DNA of 64,000 nucleotides, from assembly GCF_000315625.1 (NCBI RefSeq), contig NW_005434669.1, forward strand, positions 1,163,659-1,227,658. Direction: 5' to 3'. Below are positions 47,863 through 59,699 of the stretch, in pieces. A model generated the notes under the pieces. That model did not search any database and had not been told where the DNA came from. It saw only the letters and a list, made by a program, of their open reading frames with translations. A program made the translations under genes and the position numbers. Position 1 is the first letter of the stretch. The number at the start of each line of letters is the position of its first letter. Source of the stretch: Guillardia theta CCMP2712. Its lineage: Eukaryota > Protista > Cryptophyta.

Positions 47863-48712
47863 GCGGATGGTAACTAGTGGAAGAACCAGATAGGAGGCAA
47901 AGGAGCGATTGAGAGACGAGCACGGTCACGATGACGGAGGGAAGTCAGCAGGTATTGGCGAGGAGAAGGAGGAAAGAAAGAGTAGGAGAGGAAGGAGGAG
48001 AGAGGACAAAGGTGAGCGAGCCGAAAAAAATGCTTATTATAGCTCTACGGCCCCATCCCCTCTCAGATCCCTCTCAGTGACCGGCACAGTAGCCGGCACA
48101 GACCTTACGGGCCCGGGCCGGGCCTGAGAATTCCACAGACGGACGACAGGCGCCAGGTCAACCAGCTAGTACGACCCAAACATGCGGATGGACATTTGTG
48201 GGGTAGGGGTACTACTATACTGTAATAGGCCCCGAAGATCATTGGAATAAAAATACAATTGATGGGGGTGGGGTAGTTTTGGGACATCGGAGCACATGGC
48301 GAGCCCAGGGCTTCCAGAGGTCGAAGAGGATGAGGTGGAGGACAAGAACATGCTGGGGTGACGTGAGATGAGATGGACAGAAGTATTTGAGACAGTCCAG
48401 TCCAGTGAGAAGAGTGTTCACAGGGACAGGAGGCGCTGGTTGAAATTTGTGTATCCAAAGATGCAACTACTACTTGTCGATTTGCGCTTTCTGAGCAAGG
48501 ATGCATTCAATCGAAACAAAACGGACAGGGATTGATATTCAATGAAACAATACCTCGAATGCTAAATACTGTGCCAGTGAAAATGAGCAGATGCGATATC
48601 TTGTAAAGACAGAAGCATGAGATCATGGCCAGGTCGGAGTCACTCTAGGGGCGACACACAGACAGTTCTACAGCCCCAGGCATACTATGGCCTAAGGTCA
48701 GAGCGCAAGCAC

Positions 48713-50728
48713 ATGAAACGTAAACGTTCTATACAGACATGGCATTTTCATGGGTGGTTCGCCTTGCTGATATCATTCAGCATGTCATGTCATGGCGTCG
48801 GCACCGCCGTCGATGGGGACGTAATTCTCACGCTTGGGCCCTATGGCTGCAGGGCTGGTCACAAATCACATGCCATGGTTTCTCAAACACGCTTGAAATT
48901 CGAAAAAGATGCTGATGATCAACATGGTTCGATAAAGATAACTTGAACAATCTGAAGCTAACTGTGCTGACAGAACTTCACGGCAAGAAGTTGTGCCTGT
49001 TCAGTTCTGCACTGCCGGATGCATCCACCTTTGCTACAGAGGCACAGACGTCGTTACATGAGCTCAGACGACTCAGTAGGCCAACAGCAAACCACTCAGC
49101 TACCTGTTGCTCCGCTCCTGATTCTTCCTTGCCCAAACTATCTGAGCATAACATGACATCGTTGCTTCGCTCTCACCTTTCAGGTTTGCGATATCACCGA
49201 TGTCCAATGTAACATTCCACGTTTTGACAAGTCAAATTTAGATCTCATCAAAGAAGGCTGGTGGCAAGACTGTCTCAACCAAAAACACTGTCATTCTTGC
49301 ATGTCTGTAAACCGGGAGGTAAGTTTAATGACTCCACCTAGGCGACACGATTGACATGAAATTCAGCAAACACCAGCTTCATTTGGTGTTGCCTGTCCGG
49401 TGAGCCTGAAATGGACCTTTTTCTTCTGCAAGAAATGTCTTGTCGGCTGCAGACCTCTGCCGCCACATTTCATTTCGTTGTACAGGTAACACAATTACAT
49501 TTCCAGTCGTTTTGTGTTGGAATTTATTGACTGCGAGCTTTGTTCGAAGACGTTGCAGACTGTGCAGACGATTTGCTACATTCGGTCCCATCAATGGACA
49601 TCGCATGTCGGCAGCTCATTGCAAAGAGCACAAGCATGCCGATGAGGTCGACGTGGTCTGCCGGAAGTTAGTTCGCTGAACACATTCGCTGCTTCATGTC
49701 TTATCGATTGATTTTCTAGATGTAGCTCTCCTGGATGTGCTCGACGGGCATTATTTGGACAGCCAAAGTACATGGATGACTTCAAAACTATGTCATCAGG
49801 AAACAGAAATGTTAATAGTAAATTCATTGTGATTCCAGAGCGATGTGGCTTCCATCGGAAGGTACCTCTGATTGTTTCTTTAGAACAAGTTCTCACAGTT
49901 TTCTTTCAGAAAGGTGATATGGGCTCGCCAAAGAAGTTTTGTCAGGTCCCAGGATGCTATCAATATGCCACGCAGGGCAGTAGGAGTTGGAACAATGGAG
50001 CGAGGCAAATACCTTGAATGAGTTGTAACTTGCTTACCACATTCTGCAGGGTATTTTGCGCTAAGCACAAGCCCATAGACTTTCATGACTTGAACTCTAA
50101 GGTAAGCAAAATGCTGAGTGTGTTGAACATTCTGATGGTACAGCAGCGATGCAAATTTCCTTTGGGTTGTGATAGGTTGGCAAACTACGGCAATCCAGCA
50201 GAAGGCTTAGCTAGGTTTGAAACCCTAAGATTGGCTTTGATCTGAGAACGTTCTTTGCAAACAGGTTTTGTGCGTCTCATCGCTCATGGGGCGATGTGCA
50301 CTTGAAGGTTTGCCGTAAGGTCAGAAGCAAGAAGGAGTGACTGCATATCCAGAGGCGGATTTGCAATCACTACAAGTGCTGGTCTACAGCGGCTTTTTCC
50401 ACGCGGGTAACATTTTTGCACTCGATCTTTATCATGTTCAGAACTCACCATCATGTTTCAGAGTATTCCTGTCAAACACTTCTGCAAAAAGCATTGGCGG
50501 CCAAAGGGTCATTTCGTTCGGCAACTTGATGGCAATCCCGTGGTACGGCGAAAAGAGCAAAGCTCGTCGGGAAAGAATGACATCAGTGGCGAGCAGGTGC
50601 TGCAGGGAGCTCCTGTCCTTCCGAGGCCCAACACTCCAGAACCTCGTCCGTCAACACATCCTCTCTCCGAATCGCATCTACTCTGCTTGTCACCTGTCAC
50701 GCCGTGCGAGAGTGGATTAACTCCATGA
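48713..50728 (+). CDS. Cys/His-rich EsV-1-7-type repeat protein, multi-exon
   Basis: Repeats of C-x(2-5)-C-x3-A-x-[FY]G-x(n)-C-x2-H: RCRLCRRFATFG..HCKEH; CSSPGCARRALFG..RCGFH; CQVPGCYQYATQG..FCAKH; RCKFPLGCDRLANYG..FCASH; CNHYKCWSTA..FCKKH. 5' end uncertain. Confidence 0.75.
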
Positions 50729-51770
50729 TGAACTGAACTTGCCCAACATCCTGTCTTCCGAAGTTCTACTTGTCATCTTCAACATGCCAGAAGTCGGAGA
50801 CCGTACGGTGGATCAACTTGACTTGAATGCATTGGATGAACTTCGGAACTTGCTACTGAGCCCGGGCCAGTCTGGCGCCAGCCTGAGTACCCGGCGGCCG
50901 CGACTCGGATACTATTATGATTGCGACGGCGGCTTGGCTCAAGCCGGGCCGGGCGCCGCCGCTTGACTCACACGGTGAGAACCTCGCCGGCGGCCGCCGG
51001 GCAGGCCCGGCCGCTTCACTGCCGTGCACTCCGATCGGACTCTGGCGCCGCCCGGTTCATATCCGGCGGTGACCCAGCGCGAGGAATGCAACGGCTGTAA
51101 CTGCCAATTTTGATTCTCCACGAGAGGACCCACCCCCCACCCCCTTCGGTGTATCCATACCCCATTTTTCGGACCCACTATAGTACTAAATAACCCACCA
51201 ATTCGGCTTGCATTCAATGCTCACCCTCTCTCACCTTCTACTCGTCTTCCTCACTCAGGCTGCCATGCGCGCGGCTGGCGTGGGGGATTGGGCGGTAGCG
51301 AGCGAATGAGATCTAGTTTCCTTCTCATTCCCTCCTTCCCCTCACTCTCTCTTCTTCTCGTCCGGAAATGTCCAATGCTGTTCCTAGCATGCCTTGTGTG
51401 TCTGCCTAGATTGCATGGCAGGAACATTTGAATTTTTATCGCTTCAGTGTTTTCAAGTCTCCTTCGTACTCACGAATTGCATTGTGTCTTAGAAGTATCT
51501 TTATCAGAGCAACGATTCTCCACTTGATTTCATGCCTTGTTTGTGACTCCATGTATTGTTCTCATGTTCGTGTGCCATGCACTTGAGGTTTCATACAGCT
51601 GTGCGATAGATCTTGGTTGTAGGATCATTTTGCAGATATCTTGCTCTGCTGTATCTGACATTATATTCGAAGGAAAGTGCCATGCAGCATTGTGCAGCCC
51701 GAGAGTGGATGCAAGATAGTTGATAACTGTTTTATTCGGGGGGAAAGTTCGCATTCTCAAACGCAAAGAA

Positions 51771-54700
51771 ATGTCTGTAGTTGCAAGGGAATACGAAGGC
51801 TCGCTTGTGTCTCAGCAAGCTGACAAGTTGTACAATGGAATACTCGAAGACCTCAACAGCTTTGCCAGAGGAAAACTGTCTCGTTCGCTGACCATCACGG
51901 ACGCGAAGAAAATAGTCAGTCTTGCAGTCTCGTGCAAGGGAAACCCAAATTCGTTTGATGAAAAGGTCAAGGCGGAACTCGGGTCGAACCTTCCATTTGC
52001 TGGAGACCTTCAGAGGAAGATCCTTGGCCGTGTTACCGACCATGCTGCATCCGTCAAGATGCAGCAGTCGATGGCAGGTTTTTCAGGTGGTGCCCGTGAG
52101 CGCGTGGAAGGGGGTGGCATCACGAAGGGAGGTCTTGTGCGCATCAACAGTGATAAGCCAGTCTTTAAGAAACCAGAAGCAAGACAGTCAGTTCTTGGAC
52201 TGCAAAGCCTTGCTCAGAAAAAAAGGCTAGAAGAAGGCATCACGCTTCCGAAACGTGGTCGTATGTCTTTTGAGAGTCAAGAGGAAAACGCCCTCGATGA
52301 TCAAGTCGCTGACTCAGGCAGTAACTCTCGAGGCTCGAAAGGGCAGCGACATTATCGTGTCAAGGGATCCGATAGTCAGCAAGATGATAATGATGGAGCG
52401 AAACGACATCGGGATAACTCCGGACAATCGTCAAGGCGCAACAATGACGAGTACAGAAAGAAAGGAGACAGTGACCTTGAAACCAGCGAATACACGCGCG
52501 GTTACCGTGGCCCGGGATCAGAGTCAGTCAGATCGTCTGCAAGCACTTGGGAACCTGACGCTCCGTCTGGCAGGCAGAGCCCTTCAGTTAATGGATCGGT
52601 TGCTAGCACCCCGGCTAGGACATCTGTAGACCAGTGGGATATTGTTGCAAGCACAGGTACCAAACCAGAACGAGAGCGTGCAGAAGCGTATGGCAAAAAT
52701 TTGCGAGACTACAGATCGGGCACGACAACTACAAGGACTTCTGAAATGTCGAAAGAAGAAATGCGAGAATATGAAGAAATGGAGCAAGCGCTAGATCGTG
52801 ATTGGTACGACAATGATGAAGGCGGGACGTTTCTTGATGAAACTGGTGCATACGATCCTTTCTCGAGCCTTGGTGGATCCGAGGCATCGGATAAACCAAA
52901 GAAGAGGATCTCTGCCAGACAACAAGCGTGGGATACAGACGACAATAAATGGATAGAAAATCAGCTTCTGAATTCTGGTGTTGTCACAGCCAACGCTAGA
53001 GAGAAAGACGAAGAAGAAACTGCTGGCAAAGTTCATCTGATGGTGAGAGATATAAGGCCTCCTTTTCTTGATGGCCGCGAAGTACACACGAAGAAACAGG
53101 ATGCCGTCGCGACTGTTCGTGACCCAACCTCTGATCTTGCACAAATAGCGAGGAAAGGATGCCAATCTATTCGAACCTATCGTGAGAAACGGGACTTGAA
53201 CAAATGTCGTGAACGCTTCTGGGAAGTCGAAGGCTCAAAGATGGGAAATTTGATGGGCCTGAAGGAAAAACCGAAAGATGACAAAGAAGATGTACAGCAA
53301 TTGAATGAAGATGGAGAAGTCAACTACAAAGCTACAGCGCAGTTCAAGGATCACATGTCAGAGAAGGCAAGTCTAAATATTTCTTAGTTCTGCTGTTTTT
53401 TGCCTCTTTCACTCCTTATCTTCATGACTTGATTGCAATTGTGTTGTGCTGTTGTTGTTGCTTGTGCACTGACTTGTCGTATTTCAGTCGGTCGCCGTGA
53501 GTGATTTTGCAAAAACTAAAACCATAAAGCAGCAGCGAGAAAGTCTCCCCATTTTCACTGTCCGTCACGAGCTTTTGAGGATAATTCGTGACAATCAAAT
53601 CATTGTCGTGGTCGGAGAAACAGGAAGCGGCAAGACAACACAAATGGCACAATATTTACACGAGGACGGTTATTCAAGTTACGGAAAGATAGGTTGCACA
53701 CAGCCTCGTCGCGTGGCTGCGATGTCAGTTGCAAAGAGGGTGAGTGAAGAAGTTGGCTGTGATCTTGGAGCTACAGTCGGTTATGCGATTCGTTTTGAAG
53801 ATTGTACCAGTGAATCTACTCTGTTGAAGTTCATGACTGACGGAATACTTCTTCGCGAGACTCTGAACGAGAAGGATTTGGACCAATACTCCTGTATCAT
53901 CATGGACGAGGCTCATGAGCGTTCTCTCAACACTGATGTTCTTTTTGGTATTTTGAGACAAGTGGTGTCTAGGCGTGTCGATCTCAAGCTAATAGTGACC
54001 TCTGCGACCATGGATGCCGACAAGTTCTCAGACTTTTTTGGTGGAGTTCCGGTGTTCCACATTCCAGGCAGGACATTCCCCGTTGAGATCTTGCATAGCA
54101 AATCGCCCGTGGAAGATTATGTTGAAGCAGCCGTCAAGCAGGTCATGCAAATCCACGTGAGTTACGCGAAAGGAGACATCCTTGTGTTTATGACCGGACA
54201 AGAGGATATTGATGCAGTCTGCTTCCTTGTGCAGGCAAGCTTGTTTGCTTGAGAGAAATAGCGCGTGACCTCATCTTTGCAGGAGCGACTTGACGAACTT
54301 AAGGCGGATGGCGCGACTGTTGCTGAGCTTGACATCATGCCCATCCACAGTATGTTGCCGTCAGAGCTTCAGGCCAAAATTTTCAAAGCCGTCAGCGGCG
54401 ATACACGAAAGCTGGTCGTTGCGACAAATATTGCGGAGACTTCACTTACTATCGACGGGATCAAATATGTCATTGATTGTGGCTTCTACAAACTCAAAGT
54501 CTACAACCCGCGAATGGGAATGGATTCTCTTCAAGTCACCCCCGAAAGTCAAGCGAATGCGCGACAGCGATCGGGACGAGCTGGAAGGTAATCATTGCTG
54601 CTCCTGATGGGAGGTGCTGAGATGAGGGGTAGGACTGGCCCGGGCATCTGTTGGAGGCTCTTCACAGAGACTGCCTTTGACTTTGAAATGCTTCATAACA

Positions 54701-56501
54701 CCATCCCCGAGATTCAACGGACAAATCTTGGAAATGGTATGGAAGACTCGAGCTCCTGATCGAATTAATCGACTTGTCTCAGTCATTCTCCTCCTAAAGT
54801 CTCTTGGAGTCAACAATCTTCTGGTACAACGACATGGCACAATTTTCCAGCAGGTGACATGCTTGAAATAGGATTTCGACTTTATGGATCCTCCACCGGA
54901 AGAGAACATGTTGAATTCGATGTATCAGGTACATAGCTTCTCCTTTCTAATGTCTGCTCACGTGTGTTGCCCAAGTTATGGATTCTTGGTGCGCTTGGGA
55001 ACACAGGAGAGATCACTGCGTTGGGGAAGAAGATGGTTGAGGTACTTGTGCGATAGTAGTTGACTCGGGAGTCACGAGCGGCGCAGTTCCCACTTGATCC
55101 TCCGCTGTCAAAGATGCTCATCCAGGCAGAGGAGCTGCGTTGCAATCAGGAAGTCCTGACGATCGTGGCGTGTCTCTCTGTGGGTGGGTTGAGCCACATC
55201 TTCTATCGCCCCAAAGATCGTGCGGAGGAGAGCGACGCAGCGCGCGAGAAGTTTGCGGTGCCGGAGAGCGATCACCTGACGATGCTGCACGTCTTCCAGC
55301 AGTGGAAGGCGAATGACTATAGGGCAGACTGGTGCTCTTCCCACTTCCTGCAGGTAGCTACTTCGACAGAAGTGTGTTGAGATCTCAGCTGAGATTTCTC
55401 AGGTCAAGTCGTTGAAGAAAGTGAGAGAGGTCAGGTCTCAACTGCAAGACATCTGCGCCACTCAGAGCATGTCGCTCTTCTCATGCGCGCATGACTGGGA
55501 CAAAGTGTGCAAACACGCTGCGCTTGCTTTGTGTGATAAGCTTGTAGGTGCGCCAAGCTGTTTGCTCCGCCTACTTCATCAACGCTGCAAGAATGAAGGT
55601 GGGGAAGAGAGTATCAATGTTAGATTATGTGTCTCAGATGAAATTTCAGGGAGTTGGAGAGTATGAAAACTTGAGGACAGCAATGAAATGTTATCTCCAC
55701 CCGACTTCATCCTTGTATGGAATCGGTCAGTTCTTGTCATCTACCCTTCGTGCGTTCTCTCTTATCCACTATGCAGGCTTCACGCCCGACTACGTGGTCT
55801 ACCATGAGCTTGTCCTGACCACCAAGGAATACATGCAGGTGTGACCAGTCCATCTCTGGTCACTTGAGTAACTGGACTGCAGTGTGTTTCCGTGGTGGAT
55901 CCCTACTGGCTTGCGGAGCAGGTGAAAGTGCGAGTGGAGTGGCGTTACTGTCTGAAACCTCTGCCAGGGCCCCATGTTCTTCCAGGTTAAGGAGAATTCG
56001 TTCCAAGGAAGGATGGCACAGAAGCGACGAAGTACGTGTAGGATGATCAGAGACTTGGCCCTGACTGCATTTAGGCGAAGAGGTGCTGAAGCAGATGGAA
56101 AGAGACCTCGAGAGGCAGCGGGAGCAGCAGCAGCTCGAGAAGGAAGCTGTTACCTCTCAGGTACATTCCGTCCTTTCTCTACTTCCATCTTCCTTCCGCA
56201 TCTTTCATCGCTGTAAATCGTTTCAGCATCTGATCCTGTCGCAGGCCAATCGGTCTCGCAGCTCAACCATCGCTGCTCCGGGCAAGTATGATGGTAGGAT
56301 GAAGTAACCTATGTCTTCCTATTGACGTGTTCCTCCTTACGCGTGTTGTTCCCTCTAGTGGCTTGCTCTTTCCTCTCTACTCCATCCCTTCCTCTGCTCC
56401 CTTGATGTTGCTGTGTGCTCGCATTGCGCTAACTCGTGTTGCCTCTCTGCACACGCGTAGGTCAAGCGCCACGACGTCCTCCTGCGCGTTTCGGCCTCTA
56501 A
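51771..56501 (+). CDS. DHX38: Pre-mRNA splicing DEAH-box helicase PRP16/DHX38
   Basis: [82 protein letters not shown]; C-terminus RRPPARFGL* (TAA 56499-56501). Confidence 0.95.
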
Positions 56502-56900
56502 AAAAGATTGACGTCTTAGCCTTTGGACGAAATCTAGATGTAAATATCAGAATCTTAAGACGAGAATGAGGCGGCAGTGAAGTGAAAATGAAACAACAAG
56601 AAGACATTTTTTATCTCACGAAGTTTCCCCGTCGGCCATCTCTCGCTTTGTCGCAATTTGTATTTGACAAGGCCGTACGCAATGGCTTTAAGAGCCGCTG
56701 ACTGCTTGCTCAATCGAGCACGTGAAGGAGGGGGTTGCCGCGAGGAAGTGTGGGAGTGAGGAGAGTCACGGCGGTCGAGATCAATATTGTACCCTTATCT
56801 GCGTGAATATTGTACTCGTATCTGCGTTATTGACCCACACTCATCACACCTAAGTAATAGCACATGCAGTTCTCAACTGGTTTCATCTTAATCTACATGA

Positions 56901-57643
56901 TCATGGCAGCATCGGAGGCCAGAAATTACTCCACTGTTGCAGAACCCCAGTCCCTTGTTTGCCCACTGCGTCCTCCATGGTTCCCAAAGCTGCAGAGCCT
57001 CGCATAACTTCGTGAGAGGATGTGGAAATCAAGTTGTCGGAAAGGTCCTGAGCTTCTTGTGCTAGCAATGTCCCGCTCAGCATGTGGTCAGCGAGCTCAG
57101 AGTGAATCACATCACGCCGTCTGTCGAACCCGTCTGTCTCATTGTTATGATGCTCGGGCAGGAAGAATGCATCAAAATCAGGAGGAGGTGACTGAGCTTG
57201 GCCAATTTTGGCATCCCCGTTCTCATGTTCTTGATCGTGTAAGCGCGGACTTCTAGTCCTGTCTGGTTCAGCAAAGCAGGGCGTCAAAATTTCCTGTGTC
57301 TTGAGTTGTACAGCAATGGATTCTTGTGTCTTCAGATGCAAAGCAATAGATTCTTCTGTCTTGATATGTACAGTAATGGATTCTTGCGGCTTGAGATGTC
57401 TGGAAATGGAAGAATTTGCTCGCTGCAATCTGAGTCACTCAAGGTTTTGAAACGGACGTAGAGTTACCATATTAAAACTGGTTCTGTTCTTCTTCTTTCT
57501 GGGTTTCGTGTCCTTCGAGCCGACCGGTCGACCAGGCCCTTTGTGAAGAGCACATACTGAGCAAAAGTCTGCCAAGATTCAGTCAGAAAGAGAGAGAGGG
57601 GGAGAGAGGGTTTAGGAGGAGAGAGAGGGTGAGAGAGGGTTAT

Positions 57644-57702
<59 letters not shown>

Positions 57703-58041
57703 AAGAGAGAGAGAGATGCGCATGCAGCGCTGTATTCACCATTTTGTGCCAATCTACATTGTAAACATCGTCGATGACTGTAGTACTCCTCCCGCTCCTC
57801 GACTGTCCACAGGAATTCCGTCGCGTGGGACCTGAGGTGTCGAGTAAGGGAAAGCAGGTGCAACGATGGTGGCCGACCAGGTTCTTCTGTTCCATATGTC
57901 GCGAATGGCTTTGGGACTCATCCCATACTGGAGCGCAACGATAGAGCTTTTAATGGTCTTCTCGTTTCCGTGCTCTCGCTTCTTGTAGATCTCTATCGCC
58001 AGCTGTGCGTTGAGCTGTTGCTTCGTTGTACTCTCAGTCAT
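56901..58041 (-). CDS. Putative DNA-binding protein: HTH-like 'SPKAIRDIW..RTW' domain + CxxC/CxxC + AT-hook-like motif
   Basis: Spliced read: LNAQLAIEIYKKR..VALQYGMSPKAIRDIWNRRT|WSHATEFLW..RCLQCRLAQN|DFCSVC..GPGRPVGSKDTKPRK; the last exon has four degenerate 10-aa repeats (LKTQESIAxH). Confidence 0.75.
57647..57716. repeat. (GA)n microsatellite, intronic
   Basis: Visible array within a predicted intron. Confidence 0.95.
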
Positions 58042-59699
58042 CGCGGCAGAGGTCACAGCAGTTGGCACGCAGCAGGTGACCCTCGTCAGTCTCCTATCAA
58101 CCGATGGCGACCCCAATGAGAGCCTGAGAATCGCTCGTCATCAAAGAATCAATGAAATAGACCAGTTCAACAAGTACAGATTGGGCAGCAAGTGTATTAG
58201 TGCCTGATTGCATGACAGATGGCAATCAAGTCTTGGTGTCAATGCAACATTGAGCAGATGGACATCAATCAATTTCTTTAGTACAAAGCACGATGACTGT
58301 ATGCGGAATGACTGTAATTCATCCTGAAAGTGACCATCGACAGCAAGCGAATCGCTGATCACACGCACATGTGCAATGACGGCAGACGGGACAAGGTAAG
58401 ACAAGCAATGACGGAAGGACGAAATCAATCATACATTCATGCAGAACAATACGATGCAGTTATGTCATGAGTGCAAACGTGTAGTCGTCCGAGCCAGTAT
58501 TCTTTTGAAAACGGCACAAACCAACTAGCAATTCGCAGCAGATACGAAACAAGCTCAAAGCTCATTACACTGAAGATTTGTACAAAACAGCATGGATCGA
58601 AGAGGAGTGAGGAAGTGGCACATCGAGACAAGAAGGGAGAGCCCGTGCTGCATGCAGATGGAGCATGGCGCAAGAGTAGACTGATGATGGCTCTTAGGCA
58701 ACGACAGACACGTACTGTACAAGGACGAAACATGGATGACAGAGGGCAACAGTGAGGAGGGGAAGGGCGAGAGAGTTCATGGAGATATTTGAGGCAGGTG
58801 TGGGTGACTTGGAGTATGCAAGGCGTGCTGAGTGAAGCGAACAAGGAGAGGCAAGACGGAAAGAGTAGGATACAAGAGACGCGGGGGACTGGCAAAAAAA
58901 AACGAGCAGAAGGGAGGAGGTCTGAAGTTTTCATCAAGAACGTGGAGGTGGGTGGAGGTGCGAGAGGAATCTAGTCCGAGGCTTTTTTGATTGAGATGTT
59001 TCGGGGGTGGGGGTAGTGACCCCTCCCCTACCAGTTTGAGAGGTGACTTCGACTCGGTAGATCAGTAGGGGGTACGGTAGATTTATTGAACTCTGTGGGG
59101 TAGGTGGTGGAAACAGAGCGAAATAAGGGGGTAGTCGAAACACCTGGCTCGTGCTCCATGGGATCAAGGTGGGGTGTTTTCATTGGCTTGTAGGGGGTAC
59201 AGGCAAGATAGAGGGGATGTGTGTGATGGGCATTGAAAGATGGAAAAATCTTAAGGGGTAGGGGTCGATGCAAAAACGAAAAGCTTCGTGTTCATTTATT
59301 CTCGCCCTTCCCAGCATGAGGGTCATGTTTTAGGCCGTAAAGGGGTTACCCTAAACCTCCCCTGTGAATGCCTATACAGAAGGGGTGGTTTATAAACGGT
59401 GTAATTGTAAGATGTCAGCTGTAAGAAGATCGGGCGGCCTCCTCTTGTGGTAATGAGCGAGGTCGTATCTGAAAACCGAAACAACTCTATTTGGAAATCC
59501 ATTTTCAATTTTACACTTAATGGCCCCCACATCTTTCTTTTTAGTTTTTTCTTTCGGAAAAAAGAAATAAAACTTTTTAGCACAGTCGTCTGAACCAACC
59601 TCCGGAGTGGCACGTCTGTACATCGTCGTGAGGAATGATGCAACCAAGACGCAGAAATGCCGACGGAAACGGAGATTACCTGCGAATGATCTGCACTTC

